A DNA stretch of 64,000 nt, taken from contig NW_020843846.1 in the NCBI RefSeq assembly GCF_003704095.1, positions 62,001 to 126,000 of the forward strand, read 5' to 3'. The DNA is from Pocillopora damicornis. Lineage: Eukaryota. Under the pieces are notes generated by a model, which was not told the DNA's origin, did not search any database, and saw only the letters and a program-made list of their open reading frames with translations. Both the position numbers and the translations under genes were made by a program. Every line of letters starts with the position of its first letter. Positions within the stretch are counted from its first letter, which is position 1. Of the stretch, positions 1 through 15,300 are shown one piece after another.

Positions 1-192
1 CGATCTCAGAAGTGATAAAGCTATTAGTTTGCCGCTTCCTCGCTTATTTTTAAGCTTTTTGTTTAGGTATCACAAGATGTGAGCGAGCGGGGAAAATGGG
101 TATTAACAAGAATTGATATCGCAGAAAAGTACCTTCAATATTTCCTCTTCTCCTTTAAAGGAACCCATTTTACAGCGTTCTCTCTTACTTAG

Positions 193-331
193 GTTTTCGA
201 TGGAAACACAGACGCTGACACTGTTGTATCACATGACCTAGTTCCACCAATAAGAGCTCGCTATGTCCGTTTTCTCCCAGGAGGTTGGCATATTCATATA
301 TCAATGAGAGTGGATTTATATGGATGCGAAG
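193..331 (+). CDS. exon 1: F5/8 type C (discoidin) C-terminal half
   Basis: VFDGNTDADTVVSHDLVPPIRARYVRFLP...SMRVDLYGC; ag/gt flanks. Confidence 0.9.
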
Positions 332-3300
332 GTATTTTACAAAGGTCTAAATTTCGGTGCTCCTTAAAGAGCACTGTACTTATATTCGTAGAAAAGTATT
401 CACACAAAGTTAAGATGGATGGCAATCATCATGGTACTTCGCTCGACTTCTCAAGAAACCTTCAACGATAGCTTAGTCGAACAAACCCATTAAAAGGTTT
501 TTTTGCGTCTAAGGGATCGGCGATCAATGTGAAATTTTTAAATTCAACCATTTCTGTGATCACGAAAATACTGTCAGCATAACTGCACTATTAAATTGTC
601 CATCCACAGAATGTCAAGAAGCTCTTGGAATGGAGAATGGCGTAATCCTCGATGAAAAAATTACTGCTTCTTCTCAGTATGCTGAGAGGACTGGCCCAGC
701 TCGGGCACGACTTTACTTTGAAAACACATTCGGGACAGGAGGTTGGGTGCCAACCCTTCTGGATGACAATCCATGGCTCCAGATTGACTTGGTCAGTCAA
801 TACCGAGTAACACGTGTCGCTACTCAAGGTTGCTATCATAATGTATTATCATTATGGGTAATAAAGTACAAGCTGATATACAGGAGCGAAGGAGAATACT
901 TTAAATACTACAAGGAAAAAGACCAAACTACTGAGAAGGTGAAAATCTTCATGGCTATCTTTTAAATGAATGATGAACCTTTCTCAAAATGATTGAACAA
1001 AATTGAAAAATACATCTTAGGGAAAATATAATCCTAGTTGGGGGGGGGGGGGGGGGGGGTAGGCGATCATAGTACTAACTGAAAATGTCAGCCATATATA
1101 AAACGTCTGCATATGTGCGAGCGTTTTTATGGCATGAAGGGTTTCAGAACAAAGTGGTCTCACTGGAGGCATAAACAATCACACAGGCCTATGACTCGAG
1201 CTGTTTGAAAATAACTTGAAGCTGTGATAAATTTCCTCAAGCAAAACAGAGGGGGCAGCACCAATCCGCGTTAAATCAGCGACAGAAACGCAGTAACCGT
1301 CAAAATTAAAGAAAGCTTGAATGGACGATACGATTAAGGCCTTAAGCTATTGCACTTCTTTTTTATTCAAGCTTTCGCCGATCTACGGTATATCGTCATG
1401 GCATGTATAGGAAATGTTACGCAATGCGTGATACTAAAGATAAATAGGTGATACGAATCGTATCACTCCTGTCAATCAAATTGCTACCGAAAGAAAATTC
1501 GAACAACGTTTGTTGAGAGAAACTAAAATCGGTTCTTTTTTTAAGCAACCAGCAGGAAAATTTTGGATAAAGCATTAAGCATGTGCTGGCCATGAATTCT
1601 TGTTATTGTGTCCACAATTTACATTTCTTTTAAGTGATGATTTCACTATTTTTTACTTTGATCATAAACAAAGGAATTTGATGCAAACACAGACAAGAAC
1701 ACTGTTGTCTTCCACGAGTTATACCCAGGAATCACCGCGCGTTACATACGTTTTTACCCAACACAATATAACACTCAGGTCTCAATGAGAGTGGAGCTCT
1801 ACGGATGTCCAGGTACTGTACAGAACGGTTTTTTTATATGAGGAACTTAGTTATACAGGCATTTTGATTGGTTATTACTTGTGATCCTTTGGAAGACAGA
1901 CGCAAAAATTACATTAACATTTAAATGGATTCCGTGTTGCCGTGCGCCTGTTCATCAATAAACCATAGAGGAGCTCAGATTAAGAACATCTACAATCTAT
2001 TACTGAACAGCCGGATGGCAAAATGCAATCTTGTTGTTTACTGTCATCCACTTCAGTTTCAGTTTTACAAAAACTCATGTTGCCGTCCGTCAGTTCTGCA
2101 ATAAATCACAGAAAACGTCAAAATATGGAAAGAACAAATTAGTGGTACACGAGGTACAGCCGCGTATTCATCATGACGCTTACTTTGATCGGCTACTAAA
2201 CAGACACACGGCGAGATACGTAATCATTTAAAGAATAAGGAAGCAACATTCTGTTATCGGTGACCTAATCTATGCGTTTGTCCTCTAATAGATTATAGAA
2301 ATAACCAATCAAAATGCGATTGTCACTTCGTATTATCTTACGATTAAATTTATTTGCTAAGCCACCGAGAAAAAGATCACTTGATTATTGGCCGAAAGAA
2401 ATGAATGGCTAAGCACTGATTAGGAATGAAGGCCTAGCCACTGTCTTTTAAGTTATTCTTTAAATCTCAGCCATCACTGTCAGTGGCACTTTATATTAGT
2501 AATCGGTAAAATAACTAGACAAAGTTGAAGTTAAAAACTTTGTGTCACACCTTTCAAGTCTGTCCAATACCCACTAACTGATACGATTGGAAATAACGTT
2601 TGCCGATACGTTCGAATCGACAAATCGTGAGGATCGATTAACGACCGGTAGTCGAATCGTATAATGCATATTATTGGTATGTCTTATGGTGACAGTTGTG
2701 GGTATAGGGTACCCTTTACGACTCGTACACGTCACACTTTACAGGAGTATTAGAAAACACTCACACCTATGGCACACTGACGAAGCGTCGTTCGGATGAT
2801 CTTACGTTATCTAAATGACAAAATTTTATGTATTAACTCGTTATCTGTTGAAGACCACGACGGTTATATGATTGCTTCATTATTTCAAGATTGTCAAGTG
2901 GTAGCGTATTACTCAATTAAAAGTCCCAGATATCCCAAAGATTATCCAGGAAATATGGATTGTGTCTACGAAATTCCCATTCTTCATTACAAGGCCCTGA
3001 CATTCACCTTTCAAGATTTTCACCTTGAGGAAAGTTCGTTTTGGTAAGTACAAACGCAGAGGTTGCGGTGAACTAGCATTTTTAAAGTTTTAACTCTAAT
3101 CCTTTTCTTCTGTAGTTCTACAGATTACCTGAAGATCTCTAACGAGAAAAACCAAACATTTGGCACGTTCTGCGGGCAAATCGCATCACAGGCTATCACT
3201 GTGACTGGGGAAAAAGCAATCGTTGCATTCCACTCGGATTACGCTCTTCAAAGAAAAGGATTTCGGATATACTTCACAGCAAGTTAGTTATTATTTAGCC

Positions 3301-6300
3301 TCATTTTCAAGTTTCTATTTTAAAATGTGTGGTCGCAGGAAGTGAAAACGTCAAAGTAGAATGTAAGGCCTAAACAATGGAGGTTTAACAAGGGATCTCA
3401 AACTGAAAATCTCGCCGCCAGGTGATCGCTTTCCCGTTTTTAATTACCTGAGTAGTTTCCTTGGTTTATTATCTTTCAGTCTGTGAGCCAGTCGTGAAAA
3501 ATACATTGAGAAGTCCTGGATATCCAAGTAACTACACAGGAAGACATGATTGTGTTTATAAAATTCCTATTCCAAGACGCAGTGCGATGAATATTTCCTT
3601 TATCGATTTTTCCTTGGAGTTTCATAATTCTTGCAGGTAACTGTAGTTTGTTGGGTTATCCATGAACAAGAAGCCTATATAGGAGTATGAGAAACAAGCT
3701 CGTGATTTTCACATCCAAGGAGTAATCCATCAATCCATCGAACCCTCCGCCCGTCCGCTCGCTCTTCCACACGTCTTTCCGTCAATTCATTCATCCATCC
3801 ATAGTTCTTTCTTTCTTTCATCCTTTCTTTCTTTCAGTCAGTCAGTTAATCAATAAATATAAATCAATCAATAATCAATCGATCCAACGACCGTTCAGTT
3901 AAATCAACGTTGCGAGAATCATTTCGCTTATCAGAATTCATCGGCATTTTCTTTAATCGCATCAATCAATATGAAGAATGGAAAGACGTAAACTCCCTCG
4001 TACAGAACTGCAAAATTTTCAAACACCTTTATCGAGGCTTAAACTCGGATCTTTTGGTCCACATTCCTGCCAGCTGATAATTGGGCCACAGATGTCGTTC
4101 TGAACTTAGAAAAGTGATAAGGAACTAGCAAAAGGAGTTCGGAGCAACAATGCACATCTGGGCTCAAAATCACCGTTAGGAATACATTGTAATGGTGTTA
4201 CAATATGATCGGGATCATGCTCAATTAGAGATAATTTAAAACGTCAGAAGCTCCTTGGGCCTGCATAAACGTTAATAAAGTCTTTCTTAGGGTAAAACCG
4301 TCTTCTTTACTTCTTTGTAGCTACGATTATCTAACGATTGCTAATGATACCAATCATGTTTTTGGAAAGTTCTGTGGCGAGAAGACTGGGAAAACGTTTA
4401 TTGTAACCGGTCGGTTTCTACTCATCACATTCCACACAGACTACGTTGTAGAAAGCAGAGGATTTGACATAAACTTCAACCCTGTACCTCTTGGTGAGTC
4501 TTTTCATCAGATAGGTCACCGAAAATCGTAAACTCACTTGTTTTCTCTATTGCTAATAAAAAATCTATTATTGAACGCAAAAATCATCGCCTCTTTATCT
4601 GGAGTTGGAGTTGCTTTGGAAATCACAAGTATACTCCCTTCGGGTAAGAAAATGTAGTGCAGGGCCTTTTAAAACATGAAGATTGCCGTCATTGCATGGC
4701 CAGAAATTAACACCCTTAAACTCACAACTAATATCCACATGATCTTTGATCCTCTATCAAGAACAACGCGTCAAGCGAGTCACAATTAATTAGACGTCGG
4801 ACTTCGCAACGAGCCACCTGTCGATATTTTTCATGATGCGTGAAACTTCCCTCATCTCGAACATAACCATTAAGACACAAAGAACACGAAAAGGAAAAAA
4901 AAAACACCATAAAAACAAGATCAGCTGAATATGGAGAAGATTACAATTGGTTGCAGACAAAGAATTTGATAAATTGATACTAAAATATTCCAAGATGCAT
5001 AACTGAGAGGTTGCCATTTTCGAGAGTAGTTCTACCATGTATTAGCACCCATTACGGCGCCTCAGTCATTCAGTACAGTGCACTGCTAAATAAAGGACTC
5101 CCTTTTACATAGTAAGACCTATATTTTTCATTCCTAAATTTGTTCGTCTTTAATTCGGTAGTTCATGGACGCGACTGCCTAGATCTGCTTCACAAAGGTT
5201 ACACTGACAGTGGCGTCTATGGCATTAATCCGGACAGAGGAAGATTCATAACAGTCTTCTGCGACCAGCAAACAAACGGAGGCGGCTGGACTGTCTTGCA
5301 GCAACGGTTGGATGGTTCTGTTGACTTTTATCGTAATTGGACTAGCTATAAAAATGGATTTGGAGACTTGACGTCAGAATTTTGGCTGGGAAATGACAAC
5401 ATCCACAAAATAACTTCACAAAGCTCACAGCTATTAATCGAGCTCAAAGACCAAGCCAATTTGACAGCACATGCGTCTTATAATTCTTTTCAAGTTGGTT
5501 TGGAAGCTGAGAAGTATGTTGTTAGAGTAACAGAGTTCTCTGGAACAGCAGGGGATTCCTTAGCTGTTCACAACGGAATGATGTTCAGCACGCCGGACTC
5601 AGATAATGATGTTCACGATCCTTATGCTTGTGCACAAAAATACACAGGGGCTTGGTGGTACAAAGAATGCCATCAATCAAATCTAAATGGTCGATATGGA
5701 AAAAATGAATATGCCGAGGGTGTTATCTGGTATCACTGGAAAGGATATTATCATTCACTCAAGGAATCCTCAATGAAAGTCAAACCTCGTCGAGGTAACA
5801 TCGAAAAACATTGCTTGTTTGGGGTTTATTTGTATATACAACCCCTAGGCCTAAGTTTAAAGACTTAAGAGGCTTTAGACAGCAACGAACACCTAAGGGC
5901 TCAAGAAACATTTCTAACCGGAGGAAATCTTTTCACCTGAATATTTTTTGTATTTCCCTCCCTTAGGCTTAAATGATTTAGAAAAAGTTCAGTATAAAAT
6001 CCATTGCGATATAAAAAAACTTAAAACATTAGGAATAATGCAAACCTATGCGATCGAACACCAGTGGTACATTATATTCAACAACTATTCACCAACGTGG
6101 AGGTGGCTAGTGGTGAATATTTAGTCATCTTCCTTTCGTCATTTACAGAACGTCAATGGTCGTACGAGCTGATCTTTAGCGGGGAGTCATCAGACTACGT
6201 GCTGCTCCCCTACATCACTGACCTTCAAGATGCTACAGCTTGTTGGTGGATGAAGACCGAAAAAACTCCAGGCTGGTCAACAGTTTTCTCGCTTCATAAC

Positions 6301-9300
6301 TATAAAAATGAAAGTCTCCTGAGCTTCTCCTTTCATGACAACGGCAGCTATTCTTTGCACGTGCATAGTGAACAGAAGTGAGTGGATAGGTCTGCTTTCA
6401 TGATTATTTCGCAAGGGATGTCAATTTTTTATCCTTTAGCGTACAGCACTGTCTAAAACTAATCATTGGTTCGCAGTGCAAACGATTATCTTCGAATATC
6501 GCTTTTCTCCTCTCTCAGATATATTAGTAAAATTAAATTGCATTATACTAAACCCGAGTTCAACCGCAACCTAACACAATAGCTTGGAATTGAATCGTTA
6601 CGCAGAACCCGCATAAATACTTACCATTCCATAAAATCATTATTTAATTTTAAACAAAATCTCAGATAAATTATTTTCACATGTTCAGTATCTTTAACGT
6701 GCAAGATGAAGTCCTTTCAGATGGTCTTTGGCATCACATGTGCATCGCAAGGTCCTACTCGGATGGCAAATGGACATTTTACTCTGACGGCGTAGAGAAA
6801 TTGGAAGGTGTAGATCTGGGGACTGACTATAGCACTGAAAAAGGGTTCATGATCATTGGGAAATTCCGAGGCAATATGAGCAGATTTAACATGTGGGACG
6901 AGTACATCGATGATGTTTCCCGGATTGAAAAAATAGCGCATGCATGCTCGTCTATAACCGGAAATGTCGTACCATGGTCAGAGGTTTATCTATGGCGTAG
7001 AGGAACTGTCCTCAAAGAGAATACTTCTGTTTGCAACTTCTTTGGTGAGAGTTATAAATTAAAGGAGAAAACAACTGACCATGTCTTACGAGCATATTGC
7101 TCAGGATACTGCTACATGTTAGCTCAGCAGTTTTTTCTTCCCTCCATCAGAGGAATGACTCCGTCTGGTCACCATTCCTTCCCTTCCTATTGACTGTCAA
7201 CTTCGTTGGTGGCAACATGATTTCTCGCACACTACGGTGTTAAAAAGAATAAGAAAATTTTTCAAAGACACCGAAATTGCAGTTTGTAGTCTTTAAAATT
7301 TTTACAAGTGCTTATTTGCAACAAATTGCTCGAGAAATCATGTTGTTTCTTGGTAATAATTTACATGAAATACGCATCACACTAAGTCAAGCCGGACGAA
7401 ACTTTGGCAGCGCGCGCTATTTAAAATTTTGACTCGTGTTACAACTTTGCATTCGTGTTGCAGGAAAAATGCAATCGTTTTCAGCCAATTAGACGCACGC
7501 TATTTTCCCATGTATATCATTAAAAAGTAAAAGCAACTTACAAGATATGTATGTCCACTATAAGACATTCACCTTCAAGGTTTGTGTCATTACAAATCGA
7601 AACTATGTTGCATCAAGGTAACTAAGTAATATCATCTGAGTAGAAAACGTAAATTGGCCGCCGTAAAGAGTTTAAATTCTGGCGGTTCTAGCATTACCCA
7701 TTCTTCAGGAGCGATGAAAGAAGGGCTAACGCTCGAAACGTCAGCTTTATTCCTTTTTACGGTGGCCAATTTACGTTATCAACTCAGTTGGTATATATGA
7801 TACTGAATTATCCTGTTATACCCTCCTTCATTCATTTACGGTACATCAAGCCAGGCATTTATGCCAATACGTTTCCTACTGATATAACCGTTATGTTTTC
7901 TGTTTTCTTCCTCAGAAGTCGCCCACTGGGATTTTAGAAGACGCAGCGCCTCTAATTCCAGAATGACATATGACCTTCTCTCCTCAACGTCAGGGGTCTT
8001 TAACAAACATGGCTTTAACAGAGTGAAAGGCATGGCGAGCTTACAAGTCTACGAGAACTTGGCCGTGAGCGTCGATGTTCAATCAGAATGCCTTGGTAAT
8101 CCGAGTCTTTGTCATCAAGGACTTTCCCTTGGCTTTTGGTTGCGTCACAAGCGTAAGTACGAGGTCTCTCGGTTGCTTGTTCTTTTAAATTTATAATTAA
8201 AATGGATGGGAAAGCGTCCTTGACAGATCAAGATTTTTTGTTACAACAGCCAAGAAGCAGAACCATGTTACTCATCCCTTTTTTTGCTTTTTGAGGTAAC
8301 AAAAGAGCTTTGCGGAAATTAATTCGGCTCCAGAGGGTAAAACAAGAATTCTAAACATATGAACTTTCTTAGTGTTTTGTTAACAATTTGCGGCAAAATC
8401 GTGCATTCTCAGTCATCCAGGGCCGGGTTGTTCAAAGCTGGGATAAGATAACCAGGGTTAGTCTGAAATCTGATTTCAGGACTAAAAGCTGTAAAAGGAA
8501 ATTCAGTCGAATTCTTTTAGTCTAGAGTATGAATATTTGACGCTTTAAATAGAACACTGAAAATTATCCCAAAAAGGCCTTTGAGTAAAGGAAGAAAGAA
8601 ACCCAGATTAAAATTTAACCCTGGGTTAGCGCTAATCGGCCTTCGAACAACTGGGCCCAGGGTTATTCAAACTGCGCACATACCTTGCTAGCAAAGGTGC
8701 AATGTTAACTGGTATACAGTCCTTGTCTTATGGCAAACACAGAGCGCAATCCTGAATTACATTCATGGAAGAAGTATGGATGTAGAAAATACGCTAGAAA
8801 GGAAGCTTTAAGTGTTGATGATAGTATCAAACAAAGAAAGAGCGATAGGAATTTTTCAAATAAAATTAGGGCCTCCTCAGCTGTATTTCCCCTTTTCCTT
8901 AACAAACATGCCTGCTTAATACTTCTTTCCACTTCTTAACCTGGGATGGACTGACCTTTCAATCAGGGGAAGTAGAACTACTCCAAGTCGCTTCATACTC
9001 CGAAAACGGGATGCGCTTTCGCGTTATGGGCCACGTATCTCGAGTGGGATATCCTGTTACTTTGCAATCTCCCTAGTGTTGTATAATGAGGATAAGTCAC
9101 GTGGAAATAACAGTGACATTTCAACATTGTAGCACGCTTCATTACAACAATTTCTGGGTATAAAGATGAGTACGATAACCTTCTTGGAAAATGGCTTGAC
9201 GCTATACTTCCGAAAGAGGGTGCGTGGCTGCGTTGTTTCAAAGCATCTCCCAATTGGAAAGGTACTCATTTCCACAGTTGCGACGGCTTAGGACCGACTG

Positions 9301-12300
9301 TGACTTTCATTCGGGTACAAAAGAACATTTTTGGAGGATTTCTGTACAGTAACTGGGGAGGTGAGTCGAAAAAACTATCCAACAGACCAACTATAAATTT
9401 AACATCCAAAATTAAAACCACACAGCAATGTAAATTGGTACCAGGACAAGAAGCTTTTATTTATTTATTTATTTCATAATTTTGCACGCTCCCATTCGGT
9501 CACAAACTGTTCCAAATGAAAATGGAGGGAAGAAAATGGGCAAATTCAAATAAATTTATAGTTGTCATCATATAGTGTGAGTGCTCCTGACGGTCATTTT
9601 GTACACTGATCAATCTATATTTGTGATTCTCTCATCAGCTGTAATGATCTTACACAGCGGGAAAAATTTTCTAGCGAGTGAGTGATATGACTCGTTGAAA
9701 ATTAAAAGGCAGGGACGGCCCTAATAAATACCAATCTTATCGTAGGTGCGTAAGTATATTTTAAAAAATTGTTTTTTCAGGTGCGGACGGTTACTTAAAA
9801 AGTAACCATGCATTTATATTCAGCTTGAAAAATTTGCGAGGAATAGCACCTTTTAAGATGGATCTTGAAAACGATAAATCAGATCACGCAGCGACTCAGA
9901 GCAGCACATTTGGACCCATTTTTGGAGAAAATGACATTAACGTCCACTCTTTACCTGCTGGGAGCGCAGAATCCTTCACAAGTCTCAACAACTCGTATAA
10001 GTTCCCAAGCAGTCTGGCTCTTAGTATCGACGAACGAGACTCCCTATTGGCCGGGAGTAAATACTTCATAGTGGATGACTTGGAGGCATTTTATTACGCC
10101 GGTATGGCCAAGAATTTCATTTTACGTAAGGTCATAAACACAAAAACAGACATAATTATTTATCTTTATCACCCTGAAAGCTACTTTCAGCGTTATTGAT
10201 CGAAAAGGGTTCTTGTAGTCACTGAGCGAACATGAACAAGTTTATTCTTTGCCGGAGTGCATTTATATGAATGAAAACTTACGAAACTTAGAAGTCTCTT
10301 CTAGCATACTAGAGATAAACCCTTAATGAACCTTCTCAACCAATTTGTTAGCTGCGAATACAAGGGATAAAAAATAAAGAAATAATCTGCAGTAAAGTCA
10401 TACTGTGGCTCTTACTTTTGCTCTATTTACGATGATATGTGATTTGCGCAGAAATTTAACAGGTTCAGTCTTAGGATGGTGCGGTACTACCCATCCAAAT
10501 TAGAGGTCCGGAAAGGCAGTATCTTGCGTTGAACTAACGTAAATACAGAGGAAGAAGCAACACTGCTGTACAAATATTACTGAAAAACAGAGGTTTATTT
10601 TAGCTTTCGTCATTGTGAAAAGATAAACGGCGGTTATGTGCAGAGGTAGCAATTTTGGAAGTTGCAATGCTGACACGAGCCATTTGGTAACATAAAGTGT
10701 TAAGTCTGCCCTTTTCCTCTCATTTCTTTGTAGCCACTTCTAACGAGCTTGGACTGCGCAAAAGGACGGTTTCTGATTCCCAATTGAGTGCAAGCTCTAG
10801 TCTGGACGATAATGAAGCACCAGGACGGCCGGAACACGCCTTCTTCGACAACAATCAGGGTTCATGGTGTTCTTACACTAATGGCGCAAATGAATGGCTC
10901 GAATTGGACCTTGGGACGGATCAGACCATATATGGCGTGGCAGTTCAAGGATCACATGACTCAAACGCTGAAGTCACCTTGTACAAAATAGGCATGCGTC
11001 TTGATGGATCGTTGGGTGACTCATGGCTCCATGAAGTGGTTAGTAATTCTCATCTACTGGTGCTTGAAGGAGTTAAGGACTCGATTTCTTCTGTGTCTTT
11101 TTCATTTGAAACAAAAAAGCTGACATCTCTGTCTTTGTTTGTAGACCTCGAATGGATCTTTGAATTACTTCTATCCAAACAGTTACACTGCACGTTATGT
11201 GCGATTCACAGTGATACACGCAAAAACGGCCTCCTGCATGAGAGTGGGCGTATTAAAAGGTTAGTCACAAGAATACGGTTGTCCTTATATACATTTAGAA
11301 AATAACTGAGATAACGAGCACCCTTATTGGTCAAAAACTTACCTTTTATTGCAGCAGTAGACTCATAGAATATTGACGTTTATCTTATAAAGGCAATTAC
11401 ACCTACTATCGGTTTATCGGTGTAATAAGGCGCGTCGGATGTTGAACGAACAAGAAAGTTTGTATACGTGACGGAAGTGGATTTTTGTTTGTTTGTTTGT
11501 TTACTTCTTGCATTTCTGCCGACTGAGTCAAAGTCGAATCGTGTACAGCATGATAAGAGCTGTAAGAGCTGTAACCCTCAGGTACACAAGTTTCACCTGA
11601 GAGAAATGCTTCCAGCGATTTACGTAAGTAACTTCGTCGAAGTTCTTTCGTTGTAGTTTTATTATTTTTTTAATTCTTTGTACAGAGTACTGCCTCCCCA
11701 ACTGGAAATACTTCAGAGGCTCTTGTTATTTTTTCTCAACAACTTCAAAGTCTTGGGAAGCCGCGAAAACCACCTGCGTGGGTTCGTCGGCGAGCTTGGT
11801 CAACATTGGATCTAAGAAAGAAAACGATTTCATTGCTGCCAACACAGAGAGCGAAAGGTGGATTGGACTTAAAGAGATTCCAGGGAACAAAATGAACTGG
11901 ACAAATGATCATACAAATTCTGGGTATGTTGCATGGAAGGCAGGAGAACCTGCTTATGAAGTCACCCGAACCGAGTGTGCCTCTCTCTCGAAAAGTTCTG
12001 GAAATTGGTACACAGTAAGCTGTGACAAGGAATTGGATTTCATTTGCGAAAAAGGTAAAATATTTGGTTTCGCTCTGTCTGCAGTAAGAGTTTTAATATT
12101 AGGAAACCACGAGGTCGGCATGTTTGAAGAATTCCCCCGCCCCGAAGCCTATGCAGTAAATCAATATGAGCAAAGAGGTTATCGTTGACAACCAGTAATT
12201 GGTAATGTTTAGACCCAAGCTGGCGAAGGCGAGAAACAGGCCCCGAGTCAAGAGCCCTCGAGGTTATCGACTCGGTGAGACATCTCCAATGGTCATAAAA

Positions 12301-15300
12301 TCAGCCTCTACTTCGTGCAACCATATGGTCTACCAGTACATTGACGTAGACACAATCTGTACACGCCTTTTCCACAACTGACCATGGCAACTCGTATAGT
12401 CATAATAAAACAGAAGCCAACAAGCAGAGAATTTTCCAACCGTGAGAGACAACGAAGAGAAATAACACAGGATGCCATTCGTTTTGTCAAGAGCTTAGGA
12501 AAAGGAAAAAATATCTTCTACAAGCGATCGAAATTCAGAATTAAGATTTCGCGGTCATTTTCTCCTGAGAACTCCTTAACGAGCTGAGCCATACTTTGGG
12601 TTCGTGTGTGACAAGCGTTCTGCTAGGATCATTAATGTTGAGACTTAAGAATCGGTAAAGTAAATAAAAACATAATAATGACGACAAAAAAATAATAACT
12701 GAATACTCTAACGCCTAATCTGCCCCATTCAACGGCTAATTTACCCTGTGTTCACTACTCACAGCTGTCACTCTTCACGACGTCAGTTACTGGTCAACAT
12801 CCTCTTGGAAATGTATGACTGAACCAAGACTAGCTCGGCTGCACGAGTTGAGAAACTGCCACGCCTCCTGGTGTGGAAGCGTGGGGGCCTGGCTTCAAAT
12901 AGACCTTGGTCGAGACTATGACATAAATGGTATAAACACCCAAGGTGCTCGGGACAATTACGGCTTTGTAAAGAAGTTTACATTGGCTTACAAAACGACG
13001 AGTGGAGGTTGGGAGAATTTTGAAGAGGACGGAAACGTTAAGGTACTATGGTGACTCCGTATTAGGAAAACAATTCGGGTCAAAGTTTAGCTCACGGCAG
13101 AAGCGTGAAGCTGTTGATCACCTGTTCCTACAATCGAATGTTTACAGGTCCTTGCTGACTCAATTGCTTGTTCCTATTGCATAGTCAGAAATTGTTTCGG
13201 TTAATATTTGAAGTATTTATACTGAAAAAATTTGTGATTTTTTGGCTGACACCGAAGGTATGATTCTTCATCCTCCTTTAATTTCCGAAGGAAAATCAAT
13301 AAGTATCGACATGGAACAAAACAAAACAATTCCACGTATTTCATTGTGCTTTCAAAGTAGCTGGATGCGAAGGAAACATCACAAGTTACCTGTCTCAAAA
13401 TATTCATAATTAGCCTTGGGTACTAAAATAGTGCAATCTGTGAACTCAGCCCAACGAGTACACTAAGGGTTCCTTCTGGACGACCAGTTCGTAAGTTATG
13501 CGTAACACATGCTTTTATCTGTACCTTACAGGAGTTTGTGGGAAATGTTAATGGCAACGGAGTGGTGAAGCAAACTTTTTTACCTCCATTCAAAGCACAT
13601 TTCGTAAGGTTCAACGCCAGAGAATGCAACACAGCAACTAGTTGTTGCATGAGGGTGGAGATTTATATATCAGGTGAGGATATTTCATTGAGGAAGTTGT
13701 TGAGGTTAGAGGTTGTCTTTTGTTGATGTGCTCCATTTTCTTTTGCAGTCTGTTCACAAAATTTATAATGATAAAGATCATTAAAAAGCTACCCTTAGGG
13801 AAAACTCTATTCTGGAAACATTTCCATGCAGTGGAGGTATTATTGTTTCCGAATGAATTTAAAGCTATATTCAAGTTACATTCAAGTTATATTCACTCCT
13901 TGAAAACTTCTGTCGACGGGATACTTTTTACTGGCAAGAATTTCTCATTGAAAGTCCTCCTGCATAAAATTTCAGTCCCTACTCAGAGGCCGAACTACAA
14001 CACCATAATTGATATTCAACGCTACAGAGACCGCATAGAGACTGAACATTAAAAACCTTGTTCCCCTTTTTGTTTCTTGTCCAGCGCGGTGTCCTTCTGG
14101 TTGGGAATATTTCCAGGGTTCCTGTTACTGGTTTTCGGATCATTCACAACCACAGTCTCACGCTGTAAACACTTGTCGTGTGCGAGGTGCTGACTTACCC
14201 AAAGTGACGTCGATAGAAGAAAACAACTTCCTAAAGAAAAGTGGTTACAGTTGGTGGCTGGATTTACGACGGGATTCCACGCACAAGAGCATATTTAGAT
14301 GGAGTGATGGTTCCTTGGCCGACTTTACAAACTGGAAATCGGGTGATCATAGTGACAATAGCAAAGAATGTGTGGAGCAAGAAGACACTGGAGAATGGAA
14401 CACTGTGCTGTGCACTACAAATCGTAAAATTGCTTGCAAAAAGGGTACCTCTGTTATATCTATGACTTTTTAATTTGCATGCATCTAAACATTTATAAAA
14501 GGCATTATAGTGGCAATGTCAACTTTACCGAATACATTTAATGTGCACGAATATCAACAAGGTTTAAACCAACATTTCACAAAAGTCCTTAACCCTTCCA
14601 AAGCCAATATCACATTAATAAGCCTCCTTACTGTCTGCCATACAATTCTTACGATGTTAATTTGCAGAATTTACTATTGTGTCAACTAATAATCCACTAA
14701 TTGAGATTTTCTTTGCTCCCATTACTTGTCTGCCTGATATTGTGTTGATGCTGTAAGGAGAAATTCTGTTTAAGGGTTAAGGTGGGCAGTTTTCAAGGGA
14801 TCACCGAAGTCTTCCATAATCACGTTCCAGCGAACGGCTAAACTCGACACCAGCTCTCTGCGCTCGACCATAGCGCTCGATCTGCATAGAGTATAATCTT
14901 TAAGTGAAACTCAGATTATCCTCTTTGTCAAGTGTTCTTGACTCAAAGCTTCTACACTTTTTTTGTTCTCTTATCCGATGTGTTATGCAGTGTAATCATT
15001 TTTCACAACGTTAAGGGATTTAAAGTCCTCCATTCAAACACGGGCTCTGTTTGGTATGGCCACACTTCAATTAAAAAGATATCGAGGGTCTAATTTCAGG
15101 CTGGCTAAATTTTTCTACCATGGAATACTATTTCCAAACATGATTTGCTATGTTTTTTTTTCCGAGCAGAAAATATAGACGTCATTTTGGCAACAGGCAC
15201 TGTTAGCAAACGCAGCGCTGGAATTGTCTTTGGCTTTCAAGAGTTTACACAAACATATCATCTGTCGGTATCCGCGGGCCCTCACATTTGGGAAGCTAGA